From IMG/VR virus record IMGVR_UViG_3300030294_000014: 64,000 nt of DNA, one strand, 5' to 3'. Below are positions 31,655 through 41,093 of this stretch, piece after piece. The stretch is from an uncultured virus (IMG/VR IMGVR_UViG_3300030294_000014). Taxonomy: Duplodnaviria > Heunggongvirae > Uroviricota > Caudoviricetes. The notes under the pieces were generated by a model. It was not told the DNA's origin and searched no databases. It saw nothing but the letters and a program-made list of their open reading frames with translations. Both the position numbers and the translations under genes were made by a program. Position 1 is the first letter of the stretch; every line of letters begins with the position of its first letter.

Positions 31655-31839
31655 GTTTTCTTCTCCTTCTCGTTTTCTTTAATAGCCGAAGCTGTTTCTT
31701 TAGCTAAATATTTAACTATTTCTCCCATAGCCGAAGCTGTATTTTTATTCCAATCTTTTATTAAAGTGTCTTCATATTGTGTCACAGCGGGAAACGGCGA
31801 AGGTATAAAATGAATTTCTTTATTTTGTTTTTTCGACAT
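31651..31839 (-). CDS. Small hypothetical protein
   Basis: 62 aa, coupled to neighbours. Confidence 0.55.
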   Translation of the reverse strand: MSKKQNKEIHFIPSPFPAVTQYEDTLIKDWNKNTASAMGEIVKYLAKETASAIKENEKEKKT

Positions 31840-31843
31840 GTCT

Positions 31844-32428
31844 TTAAAATTTTATCCCCGCGTCTATAGTATATCCATATTTATCTTCGATTCTAATTCC
31901 AGAAACTCCTAACATAAATTTTTGTTTTAAGTCAACTCCAAACTGCATTTTATTAGTTTTAAAGTCAACCGACGTTCCCACTATACCATAAAATTGCAAC
32001 GTAGGTACTCTGTAAATCACTTCTTTCTCATGAACAGTACGAATATTAGTTTGAATAAAAGAACTCGTAGAAACAAGCTTATTTTGACTGACTACAGCAT
32101 CGACTTTGAAAGTTCCCAATGTGTCATTAGAAAAATCCAAATTATATCTTCTTTTTAAATAATAATCTTTCCACGTAGCAAATAATTTAGTTGTATCGGT
32201 TTTACTTGGAACAGATATTGAATCTGGTATAGAAACCTCTACCTTATACGGAGAAGGAACTTTTATTGTATCCCTTACAATATCTCCTTTTACCCAAGAT
32301 GTAGTTGTAATTGTTTTAGTTTTTTGTTCCGAAGGTTTTGCACTAGATTTACCTATCAAATAACCTATAAAAATTGCTATCGCAAATAAAATAAGTCCGC
32401 TTACCGATATAGTTATGCTTTTATTCAT
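31844..32428 (-). CDS. Membrane-anchored protein, spanin candidate
   Basis: N-terminal TM; beta-rich C-terminus ending GIKF; follows holin-like gene. Confidence 0.45.
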   Translation of the reverse strand: MNKSITISVSGLILFAIAIFIGYLIGKSSAKPSEQKTKTITTTSWVKGDIVRDTIKVPSPYKVEVSIPDSISVPSKTDTTKLFATWKDYYLKRRYNLDFSNDTLGTFKVDAVVSQNKLVSTSSFIQTNIRTVHEKEVIYRVPTLQFYGIVGTSVDFKTNKMQFGVDLKQKFMLGVSGIRIEDKYGYTIDAGIKF

Positions 32429-32916
32429 ACTATTTTTGAATTTATTTTTTTATCATATTTTTCTATCATCTCTTCAAGTTGAGATATTTTTTGTTTGTAA
32501 TCTCTTTCTCTATTTTTGCTTTCTTCTTCAAGACTATGATATTGTTCAAGCAATTGACTATATTTTTCTTTTTCAAGTTCTCTTTGCTTTTCGTAATCAC
32601 TTCTCATTTCAGTTAACTCTGACTTAAAAGAGACAATGATTTCATTACTCAATTTTCGTTCATTTTGATATTCCGTATATATTGTATCATACCTTGATTT
32701 CCACCAAGTATCTTTCATATCAATCTCTTGATTCAAAACGTCATATCTTTTTTTCCAAAATTCGTCTCCCTTTATGTCAGCTTCTGCTGAAGCATTTCTA
32801 ACTTCTTGCTCATATTTTCTTCTATTCAATACTCTTGTCGAAATAGCATACCCCAAACTCCCTGTTCCGAATAGAATAGATATTATAGTAAAAGCATTTT
32901 CAGATAACCACCCCAT
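32425..32916 (-). CDS. Holin-like protein (one TM plus coiled coil)
   Basis: N-terminal hydrophobic segment IISILFGTGSLGYAI then long coiled coil. Confidence 0.5.
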   Translation of the reverse strand: MGWLSENAFTIISILFGTGSLGYAISTRVLNRRKYEQEVRNASAEADIKGDEFWKKRYDVLNQEIDMKDTWWKSRYDTIYTEYQNERKLSNEIIVSFKSELTEMRSDYEKQRELEKEKYSQLLEQYHSLEEESKNRERDYKQKISQLEEMIEKYDKKINSKIV

Positions 32917-32923
32917 TTTTAAA

Positions 32924-33481
32924 TTACTTTATTTTGTTTATTTTACTCTTAGCTATTTTGACTCTCTTGCGATAATTATCAGTATTATAATCTGATCTTA
33001 AACAACGTATTATTTCATCGGCAAATAATTTTATTATTTTTTCAAAAGCTATCGAATAATTTTCATAGTCCGAAGGATTATCATAAGTACAAAGATAAAA
33101 TATAGCTTTTATCGAAGAGCTAACTTTATTAAAAAATTTAAACCAATCTTTATCGTCAGAACTAACAAATTTAAAATCTCTCCAATGTATATTAGGAGTT
33201 AATACATCTAAGTCATTAGAAAGATTATAAGCAAAGTCTCTTCCTATATAAGAACAATTTTTATTCAATGTTAATCCGCAACCTTTTTTGCCATCTCTAT
33301 AAAAATCAAAAGTTAAAGCCATGCCGAATGTTTTATGTTTTCTTAAACAATTAAAAAAATCATAAGAATAATCAACTACCACTTCAACTTCTCTTTTTTT
33401 TAATTCTTTGGCAAGAGCGTCCTTAAAAATTTTAGAAGGCTTATCAAAACGTCTTGATGTTAAATAAACTATTTTGCACAT
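32924..33481 (-). CDS. Amidase_3-fold protein, apparently catalytically degenerate
   Basis: Secondary-structure pattern and YDNPSD motif of N-acetylmuramoyl-L-Ala amidases, without the His/Glu zinc ligands. Confidence 0.45.
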   Translation of the reverse strand: MCKIVYLTSRRFDKPSKIFKDALAKELKKREVEVVVDYSYDFFNCLRKHKTFGMALTFDFYRDGKKGCGLTLNKNCSYIGRDFAYNLSNDLDVLTPNIHWRDFKFVSSDDKDWFKFFNKVSSSIKAIFYLCTYDNPSDYENYSIAFEKIIKLFADEIIRCLRSDYNTDNYRKRVKIAKSKINKIK

Positions 33482-33507
33482 AATTTCTTATGATTTATTT
33501 ATAAATC

Positions 33508-35028
33508 TTATATTGAATAAGTTATTATCTTACTATGAAAATTGTCATAATTTTTTTTATAAATAAAAAGTTTAAATTCTAAATTTGATTTCCAATCAAA
33601 ACTTGATGTTTGTAATACATCGTTTAAAAGATAATAAAAATCTAACTGAGAACCATCAGGTACAGGTTGTATAATAACCCTTGTCATTACGCTACCGATT
33701 GATAAACTTTTTAAATAATCTATTGACACATAATAATCACTCCAATTTATTTGAACGTTATCTCCATTTTTAATTACTGGCATTAATAAATTTATTGATA
33801 ATGGTACGGCAGTAGATGGACCACTGCTTAAAGTTATTACAGGAGTTGCCGTACTATTAGGATTTTTATACTTATAAGATAAGTTATCAAGTTCTCCAAC
33901 TCCTGTCCTATGTGTTAATACTCCCAATAATTCTAAACCATTATCTCTATTATCTATATCAGATAAATTTGAATTTATTGACGCTACAGTAGAATCTACT
34001 TCAGTTTTTGTATAATATCCAGAAATATAAGATGATATATTCTTAAACCAATACTGAACTTTACCCAACGCCGTTTCAACCGTGTCATTGCTATTTATAT
34101 ATTGTTGAGTTGTGGCTTCAGTAAATTCCGTAGATACTCGTATACCCGTTGCTAATTTGAATTGATTTATCCATCTTTGAAATTTAGATATAATAGTATA
34201 TAAAGTATCTCCCTTTGCGGCGTCTATTGCAACACCCCCCGTTGTTAAATCATTTGGGATGGCTTTATTATATATAGCCGTTGGAGTTGTTGCGGTGGAT
34301 AAATCTTGAGAAGCATTTTCTATTATAGCTTGATTAGCTTCTCCTACATTATTTATGGCAGTATTCAACGTTTGTTGATCTGAGTCGTATGAATCTTTAG
34401 AAACTACTCCCCCCGACTTATCAAAAATATTTCTTATTGCTGTATTAAAATTGAAAAAGAACCCTCCGTTCCAAGTTATTGAATTTCCCGTTACTGAAGA
34501 AAGAAATGAAGATAACTTATATTTAGCAAGTGACCAAACTCCACTTCTGACTATCTTCCCCAATACATAATCGTCGGCAACATAGTCAGGAACTTGTTCA
34601 TTAAATTGAAATACTAATTTTTTATTTACAGAATCAAAAACTCCTGATATATCGTCAACCAATAGATTAGAAGACGTAACGTGATATTGTATATTTGATC
34701 CCAAGTCGTCAATTAAAATATTACCCAAAGAATCATTGTATTGAACTTTAGTAGAGGTAATGGATAGAGCTAAGGAATTTGACTTATCGGAAATTTTAAA
34801 CCAAGCTCCAACTGATAAACCAACTCCCGTAGCTAAATTTACAAGTTCTGAATAAGTTATAGTAGATATTGTATTTTTATCTAAGACCACCCATTGACTT
34901 AAATTTATATCATAAACCTTATGTAATTTTTGATTAGGAGTATTATCATACCAAATCAAAATTGTATTATCTGGTGGCGTTGTTCCTATAAAAACGCCTG
35001 AAACTTGACCTAAATTTTTTGTTGCCAT
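33508..35028 (-). CDS. Fibre-like virion protein
   Basis: GTTPPDNTILIWYD N-terminus, repeated (G/N)DT...KxQxW units, YTKTEVD motif typical of fibres. Confidence 0.6.
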   Translation of the reverse strand: MATKNLGQVSGVFIGTTPPDNTILIWYDNTPNQKLHKVYDINLSQWVVLDKNTISTITYSELVNLATGVGLSVGAWFKISDKSNSLALSITSTKVQYNDSLGNILIDDLGSNIQYHVTSSNLLVDDISGVFDSVNKKLVFQFNEQVPDYVADDYVLGKIVRSGVWSLAKYKLSSFLSSVTGNSITWNGGFFFNFNTAIRNIFDKSGGVVSKDSYDSDQQTLNTAINNVGEANQAIIENASQDLSTATTPTAIYNKAIPNDLTTGGVAIDAAKGDTLYTIISKFQRWINQFKLATGIRVSTEFTEATTQQYINSNDTVETALGKVQYWFKNISSYISGYYTKTEVDSTVASINSNLSDIDNRDNGLELLGVLTHRTGVGELDNLSYKYKNPNSTATPVITLSSGPSTAVPLSINLLMPVIKNGDNVQINWSDYYVSIDYLKSLSIGSVMTRVIIQPVPDGSQLDFYYLLNDVLQTSSFDWKSNLEFKLFIYKKNYDNFHSKIITYSI

Positions 35029-35030
35029 AA

Positions 35031-36701
35031 TTATTTTGTTTCTTCTTTTTCTAAGAAATTGTCAAATGCTTTTACCAATGAATTATCTTCTCCCTTACTA
35101 GTTTCCTCATCTTCGTCTTCTTCCTCATAAGAATTAGAAGAATTATTTGGATTATCATTATTAGGATTCACAGAAGGATTCTGTTGCGCTAGAGCTGCGG
35201 CGTTTTTATTACTTACATAAATAGCATTGTTAGGAGCGTCACCTTCTTCTAAAGGTTTCATCTCATATTTTTCTCTAGCTTCATTAACTGTCATGAAACT
35301 GCTAACTTTATCAATATCCATTTTCAATTCTTCATCAATAGTCAAACCATTTAATCCTACAAAAATAAATTCATAATCAGGATTAATTTGTTCAACAATA
35401 TATTTATTTATTTTTCTTTGCATGAATTTCAAAAGAGGATACAAACCTTTATCTTTAGAATGCTTTAGTCTTTGTTCTTGGCTTCCTTCAAATAATCCTC
35501 CTCCACTACCCGAAGAGTGACTGATGTCCCAACCTATTTCAGTTGGATCAATAGAATAAATTGCACAAGCTAATTTTATCAAATACTCCATCCAAGAAGA
35601 GTATTCCATGTCTCTATTATTTTTTTGTAAATCAATCCAATCTACATCTGCTTCTACAACAGGAGTTTTCCAAGATTGCATTACTCCTGATATCATAGAT
35701 TGCCATTGTTGTTTAAACTGTTGTAAAGCCGCTTCGTTATTAGTTCCTTTTATTCTAAGCAAACCCTTAGGAGCCGACCCCTGACTAAAGAATCTTCTAT
35801 TGTATTCATCTCCCCATAGCATTGAAGTAACTACATTTATCAATTCCTCAAGTTCTGAACATCCGTAACCGTTAGCGAATATTGAAGTAGATGGATTCCT
35901 AATGGCGAAACAAAGTTCCCAAGGATAAAATTCATTTACTTTCATATTTTGATATACTTGAACATAAGCTGGATAATATCCATGAATCTTTGCGCCAAAA
36001 TCTTTTCTATCTTGCCAAACATTTGCCCCCTTTCTTTGAAAAAATACATTATCATAATCTTTATCAAAAAAAGAATCTGACATCCTATAAGTGGCAGCGT
36101 CCGTAGCCATGAATGATTCTAATTGTCCTCTTCTATTTCGTATACATTCAAAAGTCATTTGATCATATACTAAAGAATCTTCAACGGTCTTTCTTATAAA
36201 TGTATCAAAATCGTCATGATCCCAAGAGTTTACATTTCCTCCCTTTAATATAAAATCAGTTATTGCAAACGCTATTTTTTTATCTCTATTATCCATCTTC
36301 TGCTCAATACCGCCCTTAGGTTTTTTTCTAACAACAAAACCTGTAGAATATTTATTCTCTTGAGTCTCGGCAAAGTCCGCTACTTGATTTTTTCTAGTTT
36401 TTATTATAGAATTTATAATGGGAGTTTTAGCCATTCTTCTTATCGTTTCATAAGACAAGGAAAAAGGTTTATCCTTATATCCTAGATTTGCATTGAATTC
36501 TAAGGGGTCAACGAAAAATGACTTTGGAGTTTGTTCATTTTTATTTTGTATAGAATTATAAACTTGATTAGCCTTTACCATATCGTCTGGTGAATCTGAA
36601 CGTAAAGCCTTTTCAAGAGTTCTGAACTTCTTGGCTTCTAATTTCTTTTCTGCAAGCGTTATTGCGTCTAACTGTTTTGAATAACTCATACTATAAATCA
36701 A
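35031..36701 (-). CDS. Portal protein
   Basis: NGYGCSELE, RRFFSQGSAPKG, DMEYSSWM and TVNEAR motifs. Confidence 0.92.
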   Translation of the reverse strand: MIYSMSYSKQLDAITLAEKKLEAKKFRTLEKALRSDSPDDMVKANQVYNSIQNKNEQTPKSFFVDPLEFNANLGYKDKPFSLSYETIRRMAKTPIINSIIKTRKNQVADFAETQENKYSTGFVVRKKPKGGIEQKMDNRDKKIAFAITDFILKGGNVNSWDHDDFDTFIRKTVEDSLVYDQMTFECIRNRRGQLESFMATDAATYRMSDSFFDKDYDNVFFQRKGANVWQDRKDFGAKIHGYYPAYVQVYQNMKVNEFYPWELCFAIRNPSTSIFANGYGCSELEELINVVTSMLWGDEYNRRFFSQGSAPKGLLRIKGTNNEAALQQFKQQWQSMISGVMQSWKTPVVEADVDWIDLQKNNRDMEYSSWMEYLIKLACAIYSIDPTEIGWDISHSSGSGGGLFEGSQEQRLKHSKDKGLYPLLKFMQRKINKYIVEQINPDYEFIFVGLNGLTIDEELKMDIDKVSSFMTVNEAREKYEMKPLEEGDAPNNAIYVSNKNAAALAQQNPSVNPNNDNPNNSSNSYEEEDEDEETSKGEDNSLVKAFDNFLEKEETK

Positions 36702-36747
36702 TTTTTACTTTCATATTATATAACTGTAAAATGTTAAACGAAAATAA

Positions 36748-36773
36748 AAAGGAGGACACAAAATGTCCTCCTT
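36748..36773 (-). terminator. Intrinsic terminator
   Basis: AAGGAGGACA...TGTCCTCCTT inverted repeat. Confidence 0.8.
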
Positions 36774-36797
36774 ATAAAAATTATCTTATGTTTGAAA

Positions 36798-37322
36798 TTA
36801 AGCTTGAGGCAATGTTATTCCCAACGCGACTGCTTTATCTACTGAACAAACGAAAGGAGTTGGCGCAGAACCAGAAGTCCAAGAACCTCTAGGAAGCGAG
36901 AAACTATAAGAATATCCTTCTATTATTTGCAAAGTCTTAGCAACGACGGTAGTTACATGTATTACGTCTTCAATAGTTTCGGCGTTTGTTTTAGTCCCCG
37001 TCAAAACAAAATCGGCTTGAGTTCCATTAACAATAGTAGGAGTTAATGTTAATACATGAGTTGGAACTCCAAGAACTTGAATTTGTTCTCCTCCATAAAT
37101 ATAACCATCTATTTCAGATTGAAAACTTTCAAACCAAGTTTCAACTTCGTCAGTTGTTACTACGCTTCCCAAGTCCCAAGGAATAATACTTTCAAACCAA
37201 GTATCTTTGACTCCTTCCATCCACATAATAGTAAATCTTTTAGTAAGATCATCTATCGTGTCTGTTCTCATAACAGCTTTTATAGAAGGGGTCGTTTTAG
37301 TGACAAAAGTGTAATCTCTCAT
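36798..37322 (-). CDS. Putative virion (decoration-like) protein
   Basis: T/V-rich beta C-terminus; own late motif and terminator. Confidence 0.45.
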   Translation of the reverse strand: MRDYTFVTKTTPSIKAVMRTDTIDDLTKRFTIMWMEGVKDTWFESIIPWDLGSVVTTDEVETWFESFQSEIDGYIYGGEQIQVLGVPTHVLTLTPTIVNGTQADFVLTGTKTNAETIEDVIHVTTVVAKTLQIIEGYSYSFSLPRGSWTSGSAPTPFVCSVDKAVALGITLPQA

Positions 37323-37362
37323 AATTCTTTTATTTTTTTAAATATTTATTTTGACATTTACA

Positions 37363-37695
37363 CTATCTATAACTGGTCAATTTGCTCTCTATCTTCTGAG
37401 TAACCAAGCTGTCAAAAATAATATATTTTATACCCAATATATTATATACTACAACGGCTTCATCTAAATATTCATAAAGAATAGTATTGTCATTAAAGGT
37501 CGTTATTTCTGCTCCGTCTCCTGATTCTATATCCTTGCATAATCTATCAAAAGCGTCAATCAATAGAGCATCGTCCATTATCGTTTTAGAAAGATACTTC
37601 ATATTCTTAACAGAAGTATCTAGTTCAGAAGCCATTAATTGTAAATCAATATCTAACGGCTCTGATAAACTTGTTATTTTCTTACATAGTGGCAT
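37363..37695 (-). CDS. Hypothetical protein
   Basis: 110 aa ORF. Confidence 0.6.
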   Translation of the reverse strand: MPLCKKITSLSEPLDIDLQLMASELDTSVKNMKYLSKTIMDDALLIDAFDRLCKDIESGDGAEITTFNDNTILYEYLDEAVVVYNILGIKYIIFDSLVTQKIESKLTSYR

Positions 37696-37700
37696 ATTAT

Positions 37701-38777
37701 TTATTTTTTAACAATTGTTTTAGGAACAAATTTTGAACGTTGTTTGCCCTCTCCTATTATCATTTTCCAATATTTTTGGAACTCGCATAACCACATTTCA
37801 ATTTGGTGTAAAGTTATATTACAATCTTTACTTAAAATATATCTTTTATTTATTTTATCCCAATTAAGATACGGCATTGCTTCTCCTCTCTTCTCTCCTA
37901 TCTCCTTAAGATAAATATTAGCTTCATCTCTTAACCAATAAATAGCTTTTTTTTGTTCTCTTACACCATTTAAATTTGGATAAATCAAACGTATTCCAAT
38001 AGAAGCTCCTGGACCAACGTTTGTAAAATCATTTTGGTCGAAACTCATAAATTTTCTATCGGTATACTTTGGCATATAAGTAAAATCTTGATAAAATTCG
38101 TGAGCTATAAAATCGGCTGCTGCAGGAAAAGTTTTAAGATATTCGATTATTCGTTCAGGAGTTTTAGCACTAACAACTGTTGCTATTAGCTTGCTTATAT
38201 TTTTATGTAAATAAGGTATTACCATTCTTGTGTAACAATAATCTCTAGGTTTCCCTGGAGTTGCTTGAGAATTTATAAGATACGCCGCCGTGTATGGATT
38301 TTGACCACTTAGACGAACGCCCGCTATAAACTTAGAAAACTCTTCCTCATTATATTCTTCCCAATCTGGTATTCCGTTGCGCCATTTAGTAGCCGATATC
38401 AATTCTATCTTAGAAGACGAAAATAAATCTTTTTGCACAACTTTATTTTTAGCTTCAAATGTAAATGTTTCAGGGTTATTAAAAAAACGAAAAACCATCA
38501 TCTTCCAGATCAAATTTTTCATTGTTAAGGAATCGTCTAATATGATATTTTTTATTTGCCATTGACTATTTCTATCAAGTTCTCTATAGACATTTGTAAA
38601 CTTAGATTCTTGAAATATCTTATTTTTTGTCCAAGGTCTTTCTTTTTTTTCTATAAACCGTCTCTTCCAAATTATTTGTCTTTCATACATTGTTTCAAAA
38701 AACAATATTAGATTTGGTTTATATACTTCCAAATTTTCATTAGGTAATTTGTTATACCACGCTGAATTTTCAAACAT
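37701..38777 (-). CDS. 5-hmdU DNA kinase-like protein (aGPT-Pplase1 family)
   Basis: ERQIIWKRR...PWT...KFTNVYRELDR, FRFFN, YTAAY, VGPGASIG and IEMWLCEFQKY motifs. Confidence 0.82.
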   Translation of the reverse strand: MFENSAWYNKLPNENLEVYKPNLILFFETMYERQIIWKRRFIEKKERPWTKNKIFQESKFTNVYRELDRNSQWQIKNIILDDSLTMKNLIWKMMVFRFFNNPETFTFEAKNKVVQKDLFSSSKIELISATKWRNGIPDWEEYNEEEFSKFIAGVRLSGQNPYTAAYLINSQATPGKPRDYCYTRMVIPYLHKNISKLIATVVSAKTPERIIEYLKTFPAAADFIAHEFYQDFTYMPKYTDRKFMSFDQNDFTNVGPGASIGIRLIYPNLNGVREQKKAIYWLRDEANIYLKEIGEKRGEAMPYLNWDKINKRYILSKDCNITLHQIEMWLCEFQKYWKMIIGEGKQRSKFVPKTIVKK

Positions 38778-38779
38778 AA

Positions 38780-39106
38780 TTATAAAGTTTTTGTATTAAG
38801 CCTTATCATAAACTCTCTCTTAGCTTCCAAACTTTTATTTTTGATCTTTAACAAAGACGATCTATTTATTTTTTTCAAAGGTCTAAGAGAAGAAGATATC
38901 AATTTTAATTCTCTTACATCAAAATTACACATATTATTCGGCGTCTTATCTTTCCCTACAAAATAAACTGAAGCTAGGGGTAAATAAGAATTTCCGTGAA
39001 AACTTTGTATCTCAAATAATCTTTTACCCCAAATACTATCTATAGAATCTCTTACAATATCTCCTATTTTAAAATATTCACAAACAATATTTATTTTATT
39101 ATTCAT
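38780..39106 (-). CDS. Hypothetical protein (SH3-like N-terminus)
   Basis: FKIGDIVRD motif. Confidence 0.55.
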   Translation of the reverse strand: MNNKINIVCEYFKIGDIVRDSIDSIWGKRLFEIQSFHGNSYLPLASVYFVGKDKTPNNMCNFDVRELKLISSSLRPLKKINRSSLLKIKNKSLEAKREFMIRLNTKTL

Positions 39107-39141
39107 TGTATAAATTTTCTTTAAATAACTTTGTTAAAAAA

Positions 39142-39176
39142 TAGGGGAAACAAGTTTCTCAACTTAATTTCCCCTA
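39142..39176 (-). terminator. Intrinsic terminator
   Basis: TAGGGGAAA...TTTCCCCTA inverted repeat. Confidence 0.7.
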
Positions 39177-39194
39177 TCTAGTATTCACATTTAA

Positions 39195-39839
39195 TTAAAA
39201 ACAAAACGCTATAACTTGTCTGGGCGTTAATTCGTAATTTGAGCCGTCCTTAAGTTCCTTTAAAATCTCGCAAGCTTTAATGTCAACTAAAGTACCGCAT
39301 ATTTCTCTTACTTTATCGTTATAATCTCTTCTTGCATTTGCCTGTTCTTGATCAGCGGGTAAATTCACCTCTTTATCCTTAGCATCATTAGCTGAAAATG
39401 TTTCCGCTCCGACGCCACTGTTTTGAGGAATATATGTTTCATCCCAATCATATATCTTATATCCGCAATCAATTTTAATTCCGTTAGTCCACCAAGTGTC
39501 GGGGTCTTTTGAAGGAGCAGTTCCACAATCTTCCAATTTTGTATCCGCTTCAGATTTTTGTACAGCTAAATTCGCCGTATATTCGGGCATTAATACTTCA
39601 TCTACTTGTTTCTTTATTTCTTTGCCCGTCTTAGATACTTTTATTGAACCTCCGTCTAGGGCGTTCATCATATCAGATTTTTCGACCTCATCCTCTTTTG
39701 TCTCTTCCTTATCTGAATCCTGAGCCTTCGTTATCTTATCTTCGTCTGAATTCAATTCTTCATTGTTAGTGAAGTTACCATAAATTCTACCAAACTGAGC
39801 GGCTCTCGCTCCTTGAATAGCTTTTTGAATATCGTCCAT
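39195..39839 (-). CDS. Putative internal head protein
   Basis: IQKA, ITKA, VEKS and VQKS sites match the motif repeated in protease/scaffold. Confidence 0.5.
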   Translation of the reverse strand: MDDIQKAIQGARAAQFGRIYGNFTNNEELNSDEDKITKAQDSDKEETKEDEVEKSDMMNALDGGSIKVSKTGKEIKKQVDEVLMPEYTANLAVQKSEADTKLEDCGTAPSKDPDTWWTNGIKIDCGYKIYDWDETYIPQNSGVGAETFSANDAKDKEVNLPADQEQANARRDYNDKVREICGTLVDIKACEILKELKDGSNYELTPRQVIAFCF

Positions 39840-39845
39840 GGCTAA

Positions 39846-40022
39846 TTAATTTTTTATATATTTACCATATAAAATATGAGCTATCCAACCCAAAACAACT
39901 CCGATAGCGAAGCTTACAACATTAGCTATAGAAACCCAAACAGATGTATAGTGAAAATAAAAAAGTAATCCTACTACTATTGCGACTACTATTATCACTA
40001 AAATAACATTTTTCTTTTTCAT
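39846..40022 (-). CDS. Small two-TM membrane protein (holin-like), not in ORF track
   Basis: 58 aa MKKKNVILVIIVVAIVVGLLFYFHYTSVWVSIANVVSFAIGVVLGWIAHILYGKYIKN. Confidence 0.7.
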   Translation of the reverse strand: MKKKNVILVIIVVAIVVGLLFYFHYTSVWVSIANVVSFAIGVVLGWIAHILYGKYIKN

Positions 40023-40034
40023 ATTTTTTTTGTA

Positions 40035-41012
40035 TTATTTAATTACTAAACCATAGAAGTTTTCTAAACTATACTCTTTATTATAACTGTATTTATCTTT
40101 TTGATTATTTACATCGTCCAACATATTATCAAGTAAACTTTTACCATTTTCAGTCTTATAATCTATCTCATTATAAACAGAAAGATTCAACCAAGTCATT
40201 TTTAAATTGAATATAACTTGTTCTAATATTTCCTTTTTATCTATTTTAACAAATTTACTGAACCGCGAAGCTATCCATTCAGACATCTCCGATAAATCAA
40301 TATTTTCAGGCTCCTCATAAGGTGATATTTCTTCAATAAACTTTTCAAACGCCTTTGGACCAAACCCTCGTTTTAATTTTTCTATATTATCAGAAGTATC
40401 TCCCATAATAACCTTATATAATAAAACCTCAAAAGGTTTTACGGGTATTACTTCAATTTCATCAGTATCTAAATATTTGTTCCAATAATTTTCATTTTCT
40501 GGGATACAATAAAGTTTCAAATTTTTTGAATTATTATTGAACAAAGAAACATTTTCGTTCATTATTTGTCTAATGTCCGAATCTCCCGTTATGATAACCA
40601 AATTTTCGTATTTTACACTACCGAAATAAAGTGACCAAACATATAATAAATCATCTCCTTCGGCTCCCATAACTCTACTTACAATAATTCCCTTCTTTCT
40701 TAACAAAGATTCAAACTCATTTAAAGCGATAAGGAAATATTTATAAAACGTCTCTTTCACTTTAGTCAAAGAGTATTTATAATTATCATATATACTATAT
40801 CGCCAAGAAGATGAATCTATTACAAACGCTACTTTATCTACATCCTCAAATTTTCTTAATGTAAAACATAAATCAATTACGCATTTACGAATCAAAACTT
40901 GAAGTTTTTCCTTATCTTGAAGAATATCGGACATATCTTGATCTTTATAATAAGTAGAAAATATAGAAAAATTGCGATGGAATAAATAGTTCCCGTCAAA
41001 TAATATATTCAT
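40035..41012 (-). CDS. 5'-3' exonuclease / flap endonuclease (PolI 5' nuclease or T4 RNase H-like)
   Basis: ILFDGNYL, EGDDL, TGDSDIRQ and MGDTSDNI...GFGPK motifs; likely start 41012. Confidence 0.9.
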   Translation of the reverse strand: MNILFDGNYLFHRNFSIFSTYYKDQDMSDILQDKEKLQVLIRKCVIDLCFTLRKFEDVDKVAFVIDSSSWRYSIYDNYKYSLTKVKETFYKYFLIALNEFESLLRKKGIIVSRVMGAEGDDLLYVWSLYFGSVKYENLVIITGDSDIRQIMNENVSLFNNNSKNLKLYCIPENENYWNKYLDTDEIEVIPVKPFEVLLYKVIMGDTSDNIEKLKRGFGPKAFEKFIEEISPYEEPENIDLSEMSEWIASRFSKFVKIDKKEILEQVIFNLKMTWLNLSVYNEIDYKTENGKSLLDNMLDDVNNQKDKYSYNKEYSLENFYGLVIK

Positions 41013-41093
41013 TTTTTTATTTTTAAAATTGTTATTAAAATAACTATGGAAGCTAAAATAAATAACCTCCATAATAGAATTATATAAACAAAC

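Noticed and set aside
39901..39913. 13-nt match CCGATAGCGAAGC shared with 42154-42166
   Set aside because: It falls inside a coding region and is short enough to be chance.
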